Assembly (NCBI RefSeq): GCF_023055435.1
Contig: NW_025963802.1
Location: forward strand, 16,182,001 to 16,246,000
Source: Haliotis rufescens
Lineage: Eukaryota
DNA: 64,000 nucleotides
Direction: 5' to 3'
Part shown: piece after piece, positions 49,401-62,255 of the stretch
How positions within the stretch are numbered: the first letter of the stretch is position 1
How the letters are laid out: each line of letters opens with the position of its first letter
Notes under the pieces: generated by a model
What the model was told of the DNA's origin: nothing
The model's input: the letters and a program-made list of their open reading frames with translations, nothing else
The model's database searches: none
Made by a program: the position numbers and the translations under genes

Positions 49401-51079
49401 TAGCGTGAAGGTAGAAGGCTTAATGACATATTTCCAATAGCTCTCTCGTTTGATACTTGTATTGAAATGACTGAAACGTACGCGGCCAAACACAATACAG
49501 GACAGGGTATAATTTTAAGTTACATTATAAATTTATTGCGATTTTCAATTATATTCAGAATTTCATTCGTGGTTCTTGACTATTTAATTTAGACAGAACA
49601 TGTCATCAATACCATCACTGGATAAATCAACTTACACACAACTTAGAACAATTAATGTGGCCAATGATGGCCTTGTGTGATTAAACTACCGGGCAAAAGA
49701 AGACACACACCTCAAATTTGGACGAAACCATAAAGTTATCAAAGTTGTCAAAACGTTACTAGAGTGTTGTGAGACACTCATTGATATGATGCATGTAATA
49801 TTGGGTGTGATATCCGTATCAAATACATCACCATCGAATAACCATTTCTTATTTGTGTCATTTTGAGCCACCATCAAACATTGGTGTATACTTATTTTGA
49901 CAGTTTAGTTCAGTGTTTTTTTAATATCAGAAATGTTTCATTTAACGCAAAACTATAACTTGTAACGATTGGCTTAAAACAGCAACATATTCAGAATTAT
50001 TAATCATAATCCTTGATTGGATACGTTCAATAACAGAAACCTATTACTGGAGGTTATCTCTGAAGCAATCAGCATTATTTCTAATCATGTGAATGTGAAA
50101 TTACTTGAAAAAGATGGAATATCGAACGAGGAGAAAATGAAAGAGTTCACACACAACCGAGTACAGATGCTCATTACAAGATCCTCCAGTCAGACATACG
50201 GTCTTGGGTCACGAGTTTATGATCTTCCTGACCCCCCTGGCCAATGAATTGGACTGACCAAGACAGATGACCAACACAGGCCACAGTAATTCAGATTTAT
50301 CATGGACTGACCTGTCCCCAGGGTGGGGCATGGACGTGGTATCTTCCCCTAGGGAAAGGGATGGCTAGACCCTTTGGTACACGATTTCAGATTGTTTGGA
50401 TTCTAGTAATGACGATAATGTATTTACGAGATCTTAGATTTATGGGAATCGTGAATTTATGGGGCGAACTTAGTGTAAACCTAGTCCATAGTTGACGACC
50501 GATGCCGATGCCGATGTTGATGCCGACGTTGATGACAATTCGATTATCAGTACGTCAGGAAACGCTAACAGATCGTCCACATGAATAAGCAAATGACAAA
50601 ATAGTCTTCCAAATGGCATTATTAATCACACATGCCGATATGACAGCCAGATGAACATGTACATTTAGAACAGCGTGAGATAACAACTCACCCATATATA
50701 ACGGCATGGCATTATTAAGGGAACATTACTACAGTCACGGGGTGTGTAAATCCGGATTAGTGTCAATCCCGGCCTGGTAACATGGGACCGTATGCTGCAG
50801 AATCAGATTTCATTATGATGTATGTTTCTTATATCGACGGAGGAGGCGGGATAACGCCCCATTTTGGTCTTCCTTGAAATGTAAATAGTTTAATGAATTA
50901 TTGGTATGAAAATTATCAGACATGCACACTAGTATTTTCTTCATTACAGTTGCAATTTTGGATTTATGACACATATTAAATGAGTGAAAACGCCGAATTT
51001 TCGAACTTCGGATGGACATCTAAGTATGGGGCTATACCTTACCTATCATTATAGAGACAGACTTTTTCAGTACTTTAGG

Positions 51080-51440
51080 CCCTAGGCCCATAGTACGAAC
51101 AAGAAGGAAAAAATACTTTAATGTACATGATGAATAGACGGCTGGAGAAAAGTACGTTCCATGTTACAGGAATATGTGATTTGCTTCTAATCTTTAGTAT
51201 ATGACAAAGGAATTTAATCAAACATTTGATAATAAGTATATTGTCTGTAGACATACGTCTTGCAAAGGTTTCAGTTATTGGTGGATTTATGAGATGATGC
51301 GCGAAACATTCTCTTCTCGGTTGGGAATAACTGGCAGATATCAACAATACATGTAATTCACCCTCAACATAATCAAAGCCTCTAGCATGGCCGAATAAGG
51401 AGCGTTCGGTATATGGAATCCTTGTATGGCCCTGCATTAA
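51080..51440 (-). pseudogene. Possible decayed CR1/L2-type RT C-terminal fragment
   Basis: Frameshifted YRTLLIRP/MLE.. LKPLQD.. YIKVFFPSC resemble the YxTLxRPxLEY, LxPLxxRR and YxNSFFPS motifs. Confidence 0.35.
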
Positions 51441-51635
51441 ATTTGTATCATATGCTTGGGTCTAACACTTTTCATTTTCAAATATAAGAAGACGTTTCCT
51501 AAAATATCTAAGACAGTCCTTCTTGACATACGAGTATGTATCCTCATCTATGCATATATTTAAAGTTGATATAAGCCCAATACATGCAATTATTGAAATG
51601 AACAAAGTCTAGTTCTCATTCATGTAAATATGGTA

Positions 51636-52100
51636 AATACGTCGACACCAGAGAATAACCAGTCTGGATTATCCAACGACAAAGATTCCATTGGGCGTAA
51701 AATGAAAACAGCCGTGACAATCTGGAACTGAGACCCGTGAAGATCCGGGGTAGAATAGGTCTTCAGAAACCCATGCTTGCCGTAAAAGGTGACTTTGCTG
51801 GTCGTAAAAGGCGACTAACCTGATCGGGTGGTCAGGCTCGCTGACTTGGTTGATGCATGTCATCGTATCCCAATTGCGTGGATTGATGCTCATGATGTTA
51901 ATCACTGGATTGTCTGGTCCAGACTCGATTATTTACAGACCGCCGTCATATAGATGGAATATTGCTGAGTGCGGCGTTTAACAACATACCAACCAACCAA
52001 CCAACCAACCAACCTGAATGGATTGCTGATAATTAGATGACGCTAGTTGTTCGCGAAAAGGGTAACTATGTCCTGCCCTACCTGTAGCATACGCCACTCA
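51636..52100 (-). mobile_element. Family P repeat interrupted by a family C SINE
   Basis: acgtcgacaccagagaataaccagtctggattatcc (51636-51720) resumes at 52015 as tgaatggattgctga..ttcgcgaaaagggtaac..cctgccctacctgtagca. Confidence 0.75.
51733..52014 (+). mobile_element. SINE family C, full length, (CCAA)n tail
   Basis: acccgtgaagatccggggtagaataggtcttc...gcggcgtttaac. Confidence 0.92.
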
Positions 52101-54095
52101 GACAATTTGATTAAACACATCTGATAACTTTCAGCCACTTCCGAAAGTTTTTGCTCAAAATCTCAATTAAACAGATTTTGTGGACCAATAAGGGCCAACA
52201 TTCTACTTCGTCCTTTGTATTGGTGTTTGAGACATAAATAAAATTGATCATCCCCGTTTACAACAAAGCATGTTGTCACAAACAGCAGGTAATAGGATGA
52301 AGGGTGTTAGCATCCTAGCAGGTTATATTGTTTCGTCAAGAGAAACATGAAGCGTTTCCTGTCTTCCGTTTACCTCCATCGTGTATACTGCTGATGCCAA
52401 AGAGGGGTGACCATAAAAATGCGAAATATTTCTTTCCCACGGGATACAAACTTTTGAAAACTGGAAATCTACTTAAAAAGAAAAGAAAAGTTTCTAAATA
52501 CGTTATCGACACCGCTAATTAATAGTCAGCCTATTCCTACTGAGTCTGCGCACTAAGCAGGCTGGCAAGTTCATCAGAGTGGATTGTGGGAAAAGCAGAG
52601 ATCCCGTTTGGGTCACTGTTTTCTGTAGTAATTAACGGGAAGTGAAGGGGCAAACAGTCGACAAGAAAATCATTCTTTATACAACTGTGGTGGTTGGAAC
52701 GTCCAGCTGTATCGTGACGACATTTGTCACTCTGTTTCGTAAATTGACAGTCACAGAAACGACTTTCCAGACAACTGATTTACATACATTCACAGACACA
52801 ATATATTCTCCGGATTTTTTTCTGATAAAAAAAGTTGATTTTACGGGTGACTGTATTGCGCTGTGAGTTGAGAACTGTAAGTCTGTTGAGGTACTCTCCT
52901 CACGCCTCGTCCGTAACTTTAGAATTCTGTGTTTTCATCTCATGCACTTGTTAAATTATATTTCTTAATAAGCGCTCCGTTCCACCTGTCATGGCGCTGA
53001 TCTGTGACGAACCGTAGCGGGACGCGTACACTGATGTAGACAAATACTAGTGGTAAGGAGAACAGCACATGCAGGTTTTACTTCACCATAATTGACGTCT
53101 CTATTGCACACGACTGTTAAGGTTCATAAAGTGCTCTTTTCCGCTTTTGCGTGGCTGTTGCCTTCATGTAGTGCTTTCCGACGACCATTAATGACAAAGC
53201 CAAATGAAGAAGGTTTAACTTGCCTCGCAGCGATACAGAGATATGGGCTCTGCTCCGTGTTGCCTTATCGCTTCATGCGGGGGAAATTAGAATTATTGCT
53301 AGCAATAGAACTATCATGGCGAAGCTGTCGTCTGTATTGGGCTTGATTTAAGAGCCAAGTTTTATGTGAATTAGGATGTTTAAAATTATATTTAGTATTT
53401 TTTTATCTGCCATTTAATGTTAGTTCTCCTGCGACGTACCCCGTTTGATAATTACATCCATTAGTTGTTGAAAAGTAAACAACGGGATGTACCTAGAACA
53501 ATATTGATATTTTTTATATTCTTTAATATATTTTTGGAGACTATAGTTTTCGATAATGTAGTAAAGACGATGTTTATCATCTGGTATTTTTTTTAATTTT
53601 GTAGTTGTATCGTTTTAAACAAATACCATAACTACCTCTTAAGCTTCGATTACTACAACGACTACACATACCAATACAACTACAACCACTACTGCTATTG
53701 CAAGTACTCACACTGATGAGACTACCGATACTGCTGTACAACAACTGCAACACTCACTACTTCCGTGACTACAACTACTGCAACAATGGTTGCCACTTAA
53801 ACTGTAACAATCACCACAACACTTCTACTTTTACTATTGCTACTACAGCAAATACTACCCCTACTACCACTGGCAGTACTACAGCAAATACTGCCCCTAC
53901 TACCACTGCTACTACAGCAACGGCATTGTTTTCACTTCATTCACAGCCCCTCTCAAGGGCGGATCCTAAAAGGAGGGTCCAAAATATCAATGTCCTTTTC
54001 TCAGTCAGTGATACTACTCCCTGGACCACCCAACTGGATCCCCCTATGGTTCTTCTTGGTCATATTTAACACCCCGACACACTTCCTAGAATTGT

Positions 54096-54252
54096 GGGGC
54101 GGTCGGTTAGCCTAGTGGTTAAAGCGTTCGCTCGTCACGCCGAAGACCAGGGTTCGATTCCCGACATGGGTACAATTTGTGAAGCCCATTTCGTGATATT
54201 GCTGGAATATTGCTAAAAGCGGCGTAAAACCATACTCACTCACTCACTCACT
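54096..54252 (+). mobile_element. SINE family A with TSD
   Basis: TSD tcctagaattgt. Small internal deletion. Confidence 0.92.
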
Positions 54253-54324
54253 CCTAGAATTGTTTCATACCACTACATCTAACTGCAATTACAACGACTA
54301 CATAAAATGTTCCTGTCATATCAA

Positions 54325-55775
54325 CTACTGAAACTACAACCACTGCAACTATCTATACCGCTCCCATTGCAACTGTCTCTACTGCTACAACTACTACTGC
54401 AACTATCTCTACTGCTACACCACAACTGCAACCATCTCTACTGATACATCACCACTGCAACTATCTATACCGCTCCCATTGCAACTGTCTCTACTGATAC
54501 ATCACCACTGCAACTATCTCTACTGATACAACTACAACTGCAACTATCTCTACTGCTACAACTACTACTGCAACCATTTCTACTGCTACAACTACTACCA
54601 CCACTGCAACTATCTCTACTACTACAACTACCACTGCAACTATTTCTATTGCTACAACCACCACTGCAACTATCTCTACTGCTACAACTACCAATGCAAC
54701 TATTTCTACTGCTACAACCACCACTGCAACTTTCTCTACTGCTACAACCACCACTGCAACTATCTCTACTGCTACAACTACTACTGCAACCATTTCTACT
54801 GCTACAACCACCACTGCAACTATCTCTACTGCTACAACCACCACTGCAACTTTCTCTACTGCTACAACCACCACTGCAACTATCTCTACTGCTACAACTA
54901 CTACTGCAACCATTTCTACTGCTACAACCACCACTGCAACTATCTCTACTGCTACAACCACCACTGCAACTTTCTCTACTGCTACAACCACCACTGCAAC
55001 TATCTCTACTGCTACAACTACTACTGCAACCATTTCTACTGCTACAACCACCACTGCAACTATCTATTGCTACACCAACTGCAACCATTTCTACTGCTAC
55101 AACTACTACCACCACTGCAACTATCTCTACTACTACAAGTACCACTGCAACTATTTCTATTGCTACAACCACCACTGCAACTATCTCTACTGCTACAACC
55201 TCTACTGCAACTATCTCTACTGCTACAAATACCACTGCAACTATCTCTACTGTAACACCATCACTGCAACTATATCTACTGCAACAGCACTACAGCAACT
55301 GTCTCTACTGTAACACCATCACTGCAACCATTTCTACTGCATAACCACCACTGCAACTATCTCTACTGCTACAACTACCACTGCAACTATCTCTACTGCT
55401 ACAACCACCACTGCAACTTTCTCTACTGCTACAACCACCACTGCAACTATCTCTACTACTACAACTACCACTGCAACTATCTCTACTGCTACAACTACCA
55501 CTGCAACTATCTCTTCTGCTACAACCATCACTGCAACTATCTCTACTGCTACAACCACTGCAACTATCTCTACTGCTACAACTACCACTGCAACTATCTC
55601 TTCTGCTACAACCACTACTGCAACTATCTCTACTGCTACAACCACCACTGCAACTATCTCTACTGCTACAACCATTACTGCAATACTGCTATAACTACCA
55701 CTGCAACTATCTCTACTGCTACAACCATCACTGCAACCATCTCTACTGCTACAACTTCCACTGCAACTATATCTT
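54325..55775. repeat. 30-bp minisatellite (actgcaactatctctactgctacaaccacc) with 120-bp higher-order repeat
   Basis: The 120-bp block beginning at 54721 recurs at 54841 and 54961. Confidence 0.95.
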
Positions 55776-56847
55776 TAAGTGTAGAAGTCCCTCTCGGTTG
55801 AAATTCAATTATTGTCATGAAATTTCCTGTTGGCAAACAAATGTACAAACTACTTTATTTAAGCTCATACTGAGTGTTATGTTAAAAGAGATATTTGCAA
55901 ACATGAAACAATTATGTTCAATAAATTACCTAAGTTACTGCGCGTTTCTCAGTGTAGTGTTATCGAATGTACAGCACCCAGTTACACCCTCCAACCCTAC
56001 CCCCCTCGCCCCACCCCCTCCTCCTCAAAGCGTTCATCAGTCGCATCATTGCTCCGGGAGAATTCTAAACAATAGCAAGTCAAGAGGCGGCGAACGTCAA
56101 CTCGACTATCGTGAGAGAGAAACTGTTCACTAAACATCGATTAAGATTCCGGCATAAGCGAAGCTTGAGCAAGACCTCTCGTTATGCTATGTAGATGACC
56201 TAGTTAGTTTATTTACAAGGCTCAAAACCCACGTAAAACTCATATTTATATTTGAAACGCTACATTTCACAGACAATAAACTGGTCCCGACATTATGGGA
56301 GTCGCAAGCGCATCCCTCGGGGAGGTTCTAAGACGGGGTTTGTGATAATAACGAGTCATTCATCTTACTTTTTCTATAACTCGGCAATAACTTTAAAAGA
56401 TTAGAAAATATTCTCCAACAAAAGTCCAACTGACTCATAAATTTAAATGATGAAATTTCTTTTGTTATTGATTGATATTTGATTGATATTTTTAATATCG
56501 AAAGTGGATGTTTCGTCACAGGGACTAAGTACGAAGAATATAAAAAGCACAAAATAACTGGAAAATATGGATGTAAGTTTCATACTTGAAGTATTGATGA
56601 ATATCCCCCAACAGACTAAAATGAACCTCATCTATATAATCAACTACAGTATCAGCAACATTCAGGGAAACTCTCCCCTTCATATTTAAAGACGTTCTTC
56701 AATTTTATACGAAGGAGAAATTTTTTATTGTTCCCGCTGAAAGCATATTTTGACTTTTTAAAATTTATGACGTATTTTTGTTATGTACGTTTTTGCATTG
56801 GTGTTGTAAGCCCCAATTATTTTTTTTATTCCTCCACGTGTGGTTTG

Positions 56848-57116
56848 ATTGTTTTGTTTGTTTGTTGTTTAACGCCGCACTCAGCAATATTCCAGCTATA
56901 TGACGGCGGTCTGTAAATAATCAAGTCTGAACCAGACAATTCAGTGATTGACATCATGAGCATCAATCCACGCAATTTGGATACGATGACATGCATCAAC
57001 CAAGTTAGCGAGCCTGACCACCCGATCCCGTTAATCGTCTCTTACGAAAAGCATAGTCGCCTTTTACAGCAAGCATGGGTTGCTGAAGACCTATTCTACC
57101 CTGGATCTTCACGGGT
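56848..57116 (-). mobile_element. SINE family C, full length
   Basis: Ends ggatcttcacggg. Probable TSD tcc(a/t)cgtgtggtt. Confidence 0.92.
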
Positions 57117-57871
57117 ACTCCTCGTGTGGTTAACACAGCATGAACATCCGTAGTATCAACACTTTGATGTTATCATTCGCTTTCTACGTTGCAAGTGATT
57201 TCGAATGAATTAAAGTTTGATGTTAAAGAGCGATCGTTAGAATGCGCTCGTTCCAGTTAAACCTATCACATGCTGTCCTACCGTCAAAATGACACGCAAA
57301 GAAATTATTTACTTTCATCGAGAGGGAAGAAAAGATTTACTAGGTGTAATCGAAGCGAAAAATATAATGTATTAATAATGTCCGCTGTCCTATGTTAACT
57401 ATCAATACAGTCTCACATCAAAATTACACTCCCACGTTGGTGGTTGTATCGGCGGAGACTAAACAAAGTCACACACACGATAACTCCGTTCCCGTTGTCG
57501 TGGTGGGTAATTAGGGATGCGGCTCACGCACAGTACAACATAAAACAAATTAAATATTAAAGCGCCCGCCATGGTAGGGTCTTTCTAATTAGTCCCACGT
57601 GAGGTAAGAGTTCACATTCTCTATGATCATATTCCACGACGACTTCTGACTAGTAATACCACTCATATCACACTTGTAATTTCAGCGTGGCTAGCGCGGA
57701 GGCAATGAATGAAAATACTGGCCCACTCACTGTTCAGAAGGAGGTGTTGTATCGAGTGATACTTTACTGCTCCTACTTGAATAATTGTTTGGTTTTAAAA
57801 TAATGAATCGAAAGGAGAAATATTGTACACATTACATTTTTATATCTTCATCAATTTGTCCATATGTCCAT

Positions 57872-58011
57872 GGGGCGGTGGGGTAGTCTAGTGGTTAAAG
57901 CGTTCGCTTGTCACGCCAAAGACCCGGGTTCGATTCCCCATTTCTGGTATCCCCCGCCGTGAAATTAGTGGAATATTGCTAAAAGCGGAGTAAAACCATA
58001 CTCACTCACTC
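57872..58011 (+). mobile_element. SINE family A, internally deleted
   Basis: ggggcggtggggtagtctagtggttaaagcg...aaaccatactcactcact. Confidence 0.9.
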
Positions 58012-58041
58012 CCAATCTTTCAGAAGAACTGATTTCTTTTA

Positions 58042-58202
58042 CAGTAAACTACGGTTAAAACGAACTCAAAGGGACTGCTAATTTTAGTTCGTTATAACCG
58101 TTGTTCGTTATAAGCACATATACAGCATATATACAGCAATGGCCGGGACCAAAAAATAAATTCGTTATATCCGTCAGTGTTCGTTATAACCGTAGTTTTC
58201 TG
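58042..58202. mobile_element. MITE, same family as 21429-21573
   Basis: TA-cagtaaactacggtta...taaccgtagttttctg-TA. Confidence 0.88.
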
Positions 58203-58242
58203 TAATTAGACATGTGCCCGCCCACATAATTCTCAGTAAACA

Positions 58243-58417
58243 TAAAACGTCAACACCAAAGAATAGTCAGTCTCGATTATCTGCCGAAACAGATTATCGG
58301 GTATAAAAGGCAAAATAGAGGTGAAAATGATATGGATGGATCTCTGAAAATCAGTGAGGACACCAGGTGTTCGCGAAAAGGGTAAGCATGTCTTGCCCTA
58401 CCTGTAGCTCCCGCCAT
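58243..58417 (-). mobile_element. Family P repeat, near full length
   Basis: aaaacgtcaacaccaaagaa...caccaggtgttcgcgaaaagggtaagcatgtcttgccctacctgtagctcccgcca. Confidence 0.8.
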
Positions 58418-58866
58418 TCACCATGTGTCGTTCAAAAACAGTTAAGTTGCTTGTCCATCACAAGCCATCATCACAGTTTTAGTGGAGACAACGGGAGTCT
58501 GTCCACGGTAGTCCTAGCTGAGAGTCACGGTAAAACACCAGGTGTTCGTCCACGTCAGCAGTCACGGTGGAGGCTGTCCTTCAACAGCGGTCACGGGAAT
58601 CACGATGAAGACACCAGGCATCCTCGTGTGATTAATGACTATATGCAACACGTTATATACTTTCGATTCAGTTGCACGTGTGCTAAACCTGAGGAAGGTA
58701 TGAGGTACTTTTTATCACCATGATTGATCGGGATATAGGTGGGGTCAGATGTTATATCACTGTCACCAAGAATACAACGAAAGTTTTGCTGATGTGTCTG
58801 TAATAAATGTTTATGCAGTTCCATTACTATCCTCCTCCTCCTCTTCCTCCTACGCCTCCATATCAT

Positions 58867-59005
58867 NNNNNNNNNNNNNNNNNNNNNNNNNNNNNNNNNN
58901 NNNNNNNNNNNNNNNNNNNNNNNNNNNNNNNNNNNNNNNNNNNNNNNNNNNNNNNNNNNNNNNNNNNNNNNNNNNNNNNNNNNNNNNNNNNNNNNNNNNN
59001 NNNNN
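58867..59005. other. Assembly gap
   Basis: Run of N. Confidence 1.
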
Positions 59006-59011
59006 ATGTTC

Positions 59012-59102
59012 AAAATATCAACGCCAGTATATAAGCAGTCTTGAAAATTATATGAATGTATCAATGGAATTCAGTGATGACACCAGGTGTTCGCGAAAAG
59101 GG
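59012..59102 (-). mobile_element. Family P repeat, deleted form
   Basis: atcaacgccag...tcagtgatgacaccaggtgttcgcgaaaaggg. Confidence 0.7.
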
Positions 59103-59527
59103 CAGCATACCCCTTGAATAAGAGTGAATGATGTTTTACGCTGCAGACGGTTCTATCACAGCAGTCAGTAAGCAGTTGAGTCTAGATAAGACATGTGGTT
59201 GATAGTAAGAGCAGTGATCGTCAGTTGTTTCAGAGCACGATGGCAAGGTATCGGGAGGGTCGGGCATTTTAGTCCGCGGTAACCAACAACATTGAGTGGG
59301 GAGATCATTTCTGAACCTGCACACCCGAATGTATGACGTTTCAAGCCATGGTTGTAGCATAATGGTTAAATCGTTGGCTCGTCACGCCCAGTATGGGCAC
59401 AATGCGTGAAGCCGGTGCTCGGTGTCTATCCACGGCCTTACGGTTGGACTTATGCAATAAACGTCGTAAACTCCCACTGACACTCTCACATATTAACGCA
59501 ATTTGTCTCATGACATCTCACAATGTT

Positions 59528-59750
59528 ACTTGTTGTTGTTTAACGCGACATTCCAGCAATAGGACTGTAAATATCCGAATAAGGATTAGACAATCCAGTG
59601 ATTAACACCATGAGCATCGATCTACGCAATTGGGATACGATGACATGCATCAACCAAGTCACTGAGCCTGACCACCCGATCCCGTTAGTCGCCTCTTACG
59701 ACAAGCATGGTCGCCAGTGGTTGCTTAAGACCAATTCTCACCCCGTACCT
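59528..59750 (-). mobile_element. SINE family C, degenerate
   Basis: gacaatccagtgatt..gagcctgaccacccgatcccgttagtcgcctcttacgacaagcatgg. Confidence 0.85.
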
Positions 59751-59883
59751 TCATCGGTATATCTCACATTGACACAATTTCACTAAAAATACCCTTTTGA
59801 CAAAATATTACCACTTTGGTAATTATTGTTTTATGCATTTTCTGTTAATACTGATACACAATGTCACAACGTGATTTAATGTC

Positions 59884-60268
59884 GACTATATTGCCAAGAT
59901 GAATATATCGACACAAAATTGTAAAACCATCTTTACATGATATCAAAAAATACACTGCGGGGCAAAAGAAAGTACACACTCATGTTTGATGGTTGCTGAA
60001 AGGAAACCACCAAGAAATGATTAATCGATGGTGATGTGTTCGACACGGGTATCATAGTTAAATTTTGAATTAGGGTTAGGGTTAGGGACTATATTGCCAA
60101 GATGAATATATCGACACAAAACTGTAAAACCATCTTTACATGATATCCAAAAATACACTGCAGGGCAAAAGAAAGTACACACTCATGTTTGATGGTTGCT
60201 GAAAGGAAACAACCAAGAAATGGTTAATCGATGGTGATGGTTCGACACGGGTATCATAGTTAAATTTT
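59884..60268. repeat. ~183-bp tandem duplication with (TTAGGG)3 at the junction; each copy contains a Tc1-like end (tacactgc(g/a)gggcaaaagaaagtacacac)
   Basis: 59884-60066 matches 60087-60268. TTAGGG x3 at 60070-60087. Confidence 0.93.
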
Positions 60269-62076
60269 AAACTCACGTGTGTAGTAATTCAGCGACTGTT
60301 TTCAGCCTAGTAACGTTTTGATAATATATGTAATTATTTGATTAAAAAAAAAATATTTTATACATTCTTTAACATGCCTTAAAGTGACCGAAAACATATT
60401 CTGTCTCTGAGAGCCCCCCCACCACCACTTATCCAATATTAAATATGCGACATAATGTCAGTTATAGTGACGGTTTCGTATTATCACACCATGTCACGAA
60501 AATATAGATTAATCTTATTTTTAGCAGTTTTAGTCAATTTTATTTTGTTAATGAGATAATGTGTGACACATTGAACAATATAATATACTGATACAGTATC
60601 ATAAAAAAGTCGTTTCCCAATAATAATATCGTGTCATAAAAGACATCTCTTCCTAATGTAATATCGATTTTATAAAAATGATATTGAATTGTTCAGCAAA
60701 TCAGATATTATTGTTCCAAAATTTAAACAAAGTGATATCTACTGTAACATATTCTGACAAGCATAGTAATTACGTATGGTGGATTTAATATATTTCGTTA
60801 GGAAGCGTTATCGACGTAATATGAATTTATTTAAATTGGTCGAATTGAAATTCATAAGAAGCGCTCAAGTAAAATGTAGGGCAATTCATTTTGGTTATTC
60901 AAGTGAAATTTCTAAGCCTCGTATATCAGCATTTTTAATGGAAATATGTAAGGTTTAAAAGTTTTTAGCTGAAAAGGTAAGATTGATCTATTTTCCGCGA
61001 TAAAACGTTCTGGTAAAATACTTTAGACCCATAACAAAGATTAATGCCCCCGTTGGACGTTAAAGAATTCTTGGATTCCAGTCTGATGAAAACTACCGTA
61101 TCTGTGATTGATAGAGTGAAATAAATGAAGACAAATTGTCTCAAATACCAAATTGTCGTCAGAAAACGAACTGGTCTCAGATTGAATAATTATGCGAGAA
61201 GGGGTCTCCAGATCGCCGTCTGTATGTGTATGTATACATAAATATATTATCATGACCTTTCGGAATTCCTAATAAGACGACGAAATAGAGAATCGTCATA
61301 TATCCCTCATATGTCAAACATAAGTCAACCCTGAACATTGATATCAATCTGAGAATCAGTTTACCTCGCCGTAAATTGTAGTTGAATACTCTCACTGGAG
61401 CCGTGTATCCTATATGCCTATGCATATTTTATGGCCTACTATGTAAAGAAAGAGCGTAGGTATAGCCGGCTCCACTGAGATACATGTCCGTGCTGCAGAT
61501 GCTTGTGAAGATGTCATACCTTCGCCGCGCCGTATGCACTATCGTTTATTGTATCAACCTCCGACCTATAACGGCTTTGCCAAGGATTGATTTCAGTGAA
61601 TCATTCTTCATTTTCAACATCTCTGTTGGAATTTTAAACAGGAGAGTTTATCGCGGTTGGTAATTGTTTTCAGTGAAGGGCTCGGGTTTTATTTTGGTGT
61701 CTTAACGCTGAATGTTAGAAATGGGGAATGAATCATTTAAGATAAGTCGCAATCTAGGAGAGGTGTATTGACAGGACCTATTAACAAAGAAGTATCACCA
61801 GTGCGCAGATAGGACGTTATGGACAAGTAATGGCATCTCAGGGACGTTTTGACAAAGATGAAGTATCTTTGAATTGGCAAGTTGGACAATATACAAGAAT
61901 AGACGTATCAATGTATTCAGACTTTATCGTTTTGCAAATCAGATACAAACATAAACAGTTTAATCATGTTAGTCCAGACACCGTAATTCCGGAAACCCTA
62001 CTCGTCCGGACTATTCCGAGAAACAAATGTCTGTCTGGAAGCAGAAGCTGACAAGAAAGTCGCAACCCCTTCCAAC

Positions 62077-62255
62077 NNNNNNNNNNNNNNNNNNNNNNNN
62101 NNNNNNNNNNNNNNNNNNNNNNNNNNNNNNNNNNNNNNNNNNNNNNNNNNNNNNNNNNNNNNNNNNNNNNNNNNNNNNNNNNNNNNNNNNNNNNNNNNNN
62201 NNNNNNNNNNNNNNNNNNNNNNNNNNNNNNNNNNNNNNNNNNNNNNNNNNNNNNN
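62077..62255. other. Assembly gap
   Basis: Run of N. Confidence 1.

Noticed and set aside
49686-49877. 63-aa ORF
   Set aside because: It overlaps a reverse copy of the non-coding Tc1-like terminal repeat seen at 16084 and 59951.
50150-50570. Helentron/HINE-like element with (gatgcc)n
   Set aside because: Subterminal inverted repeats and the 3' hairpin could not be delimited.
56505-56535. Minus-strand gtc-cctgt-gac-GAAAC resembling hammerhead stem II
   Set aside because: The CUGANGA box is absent (gtactta).
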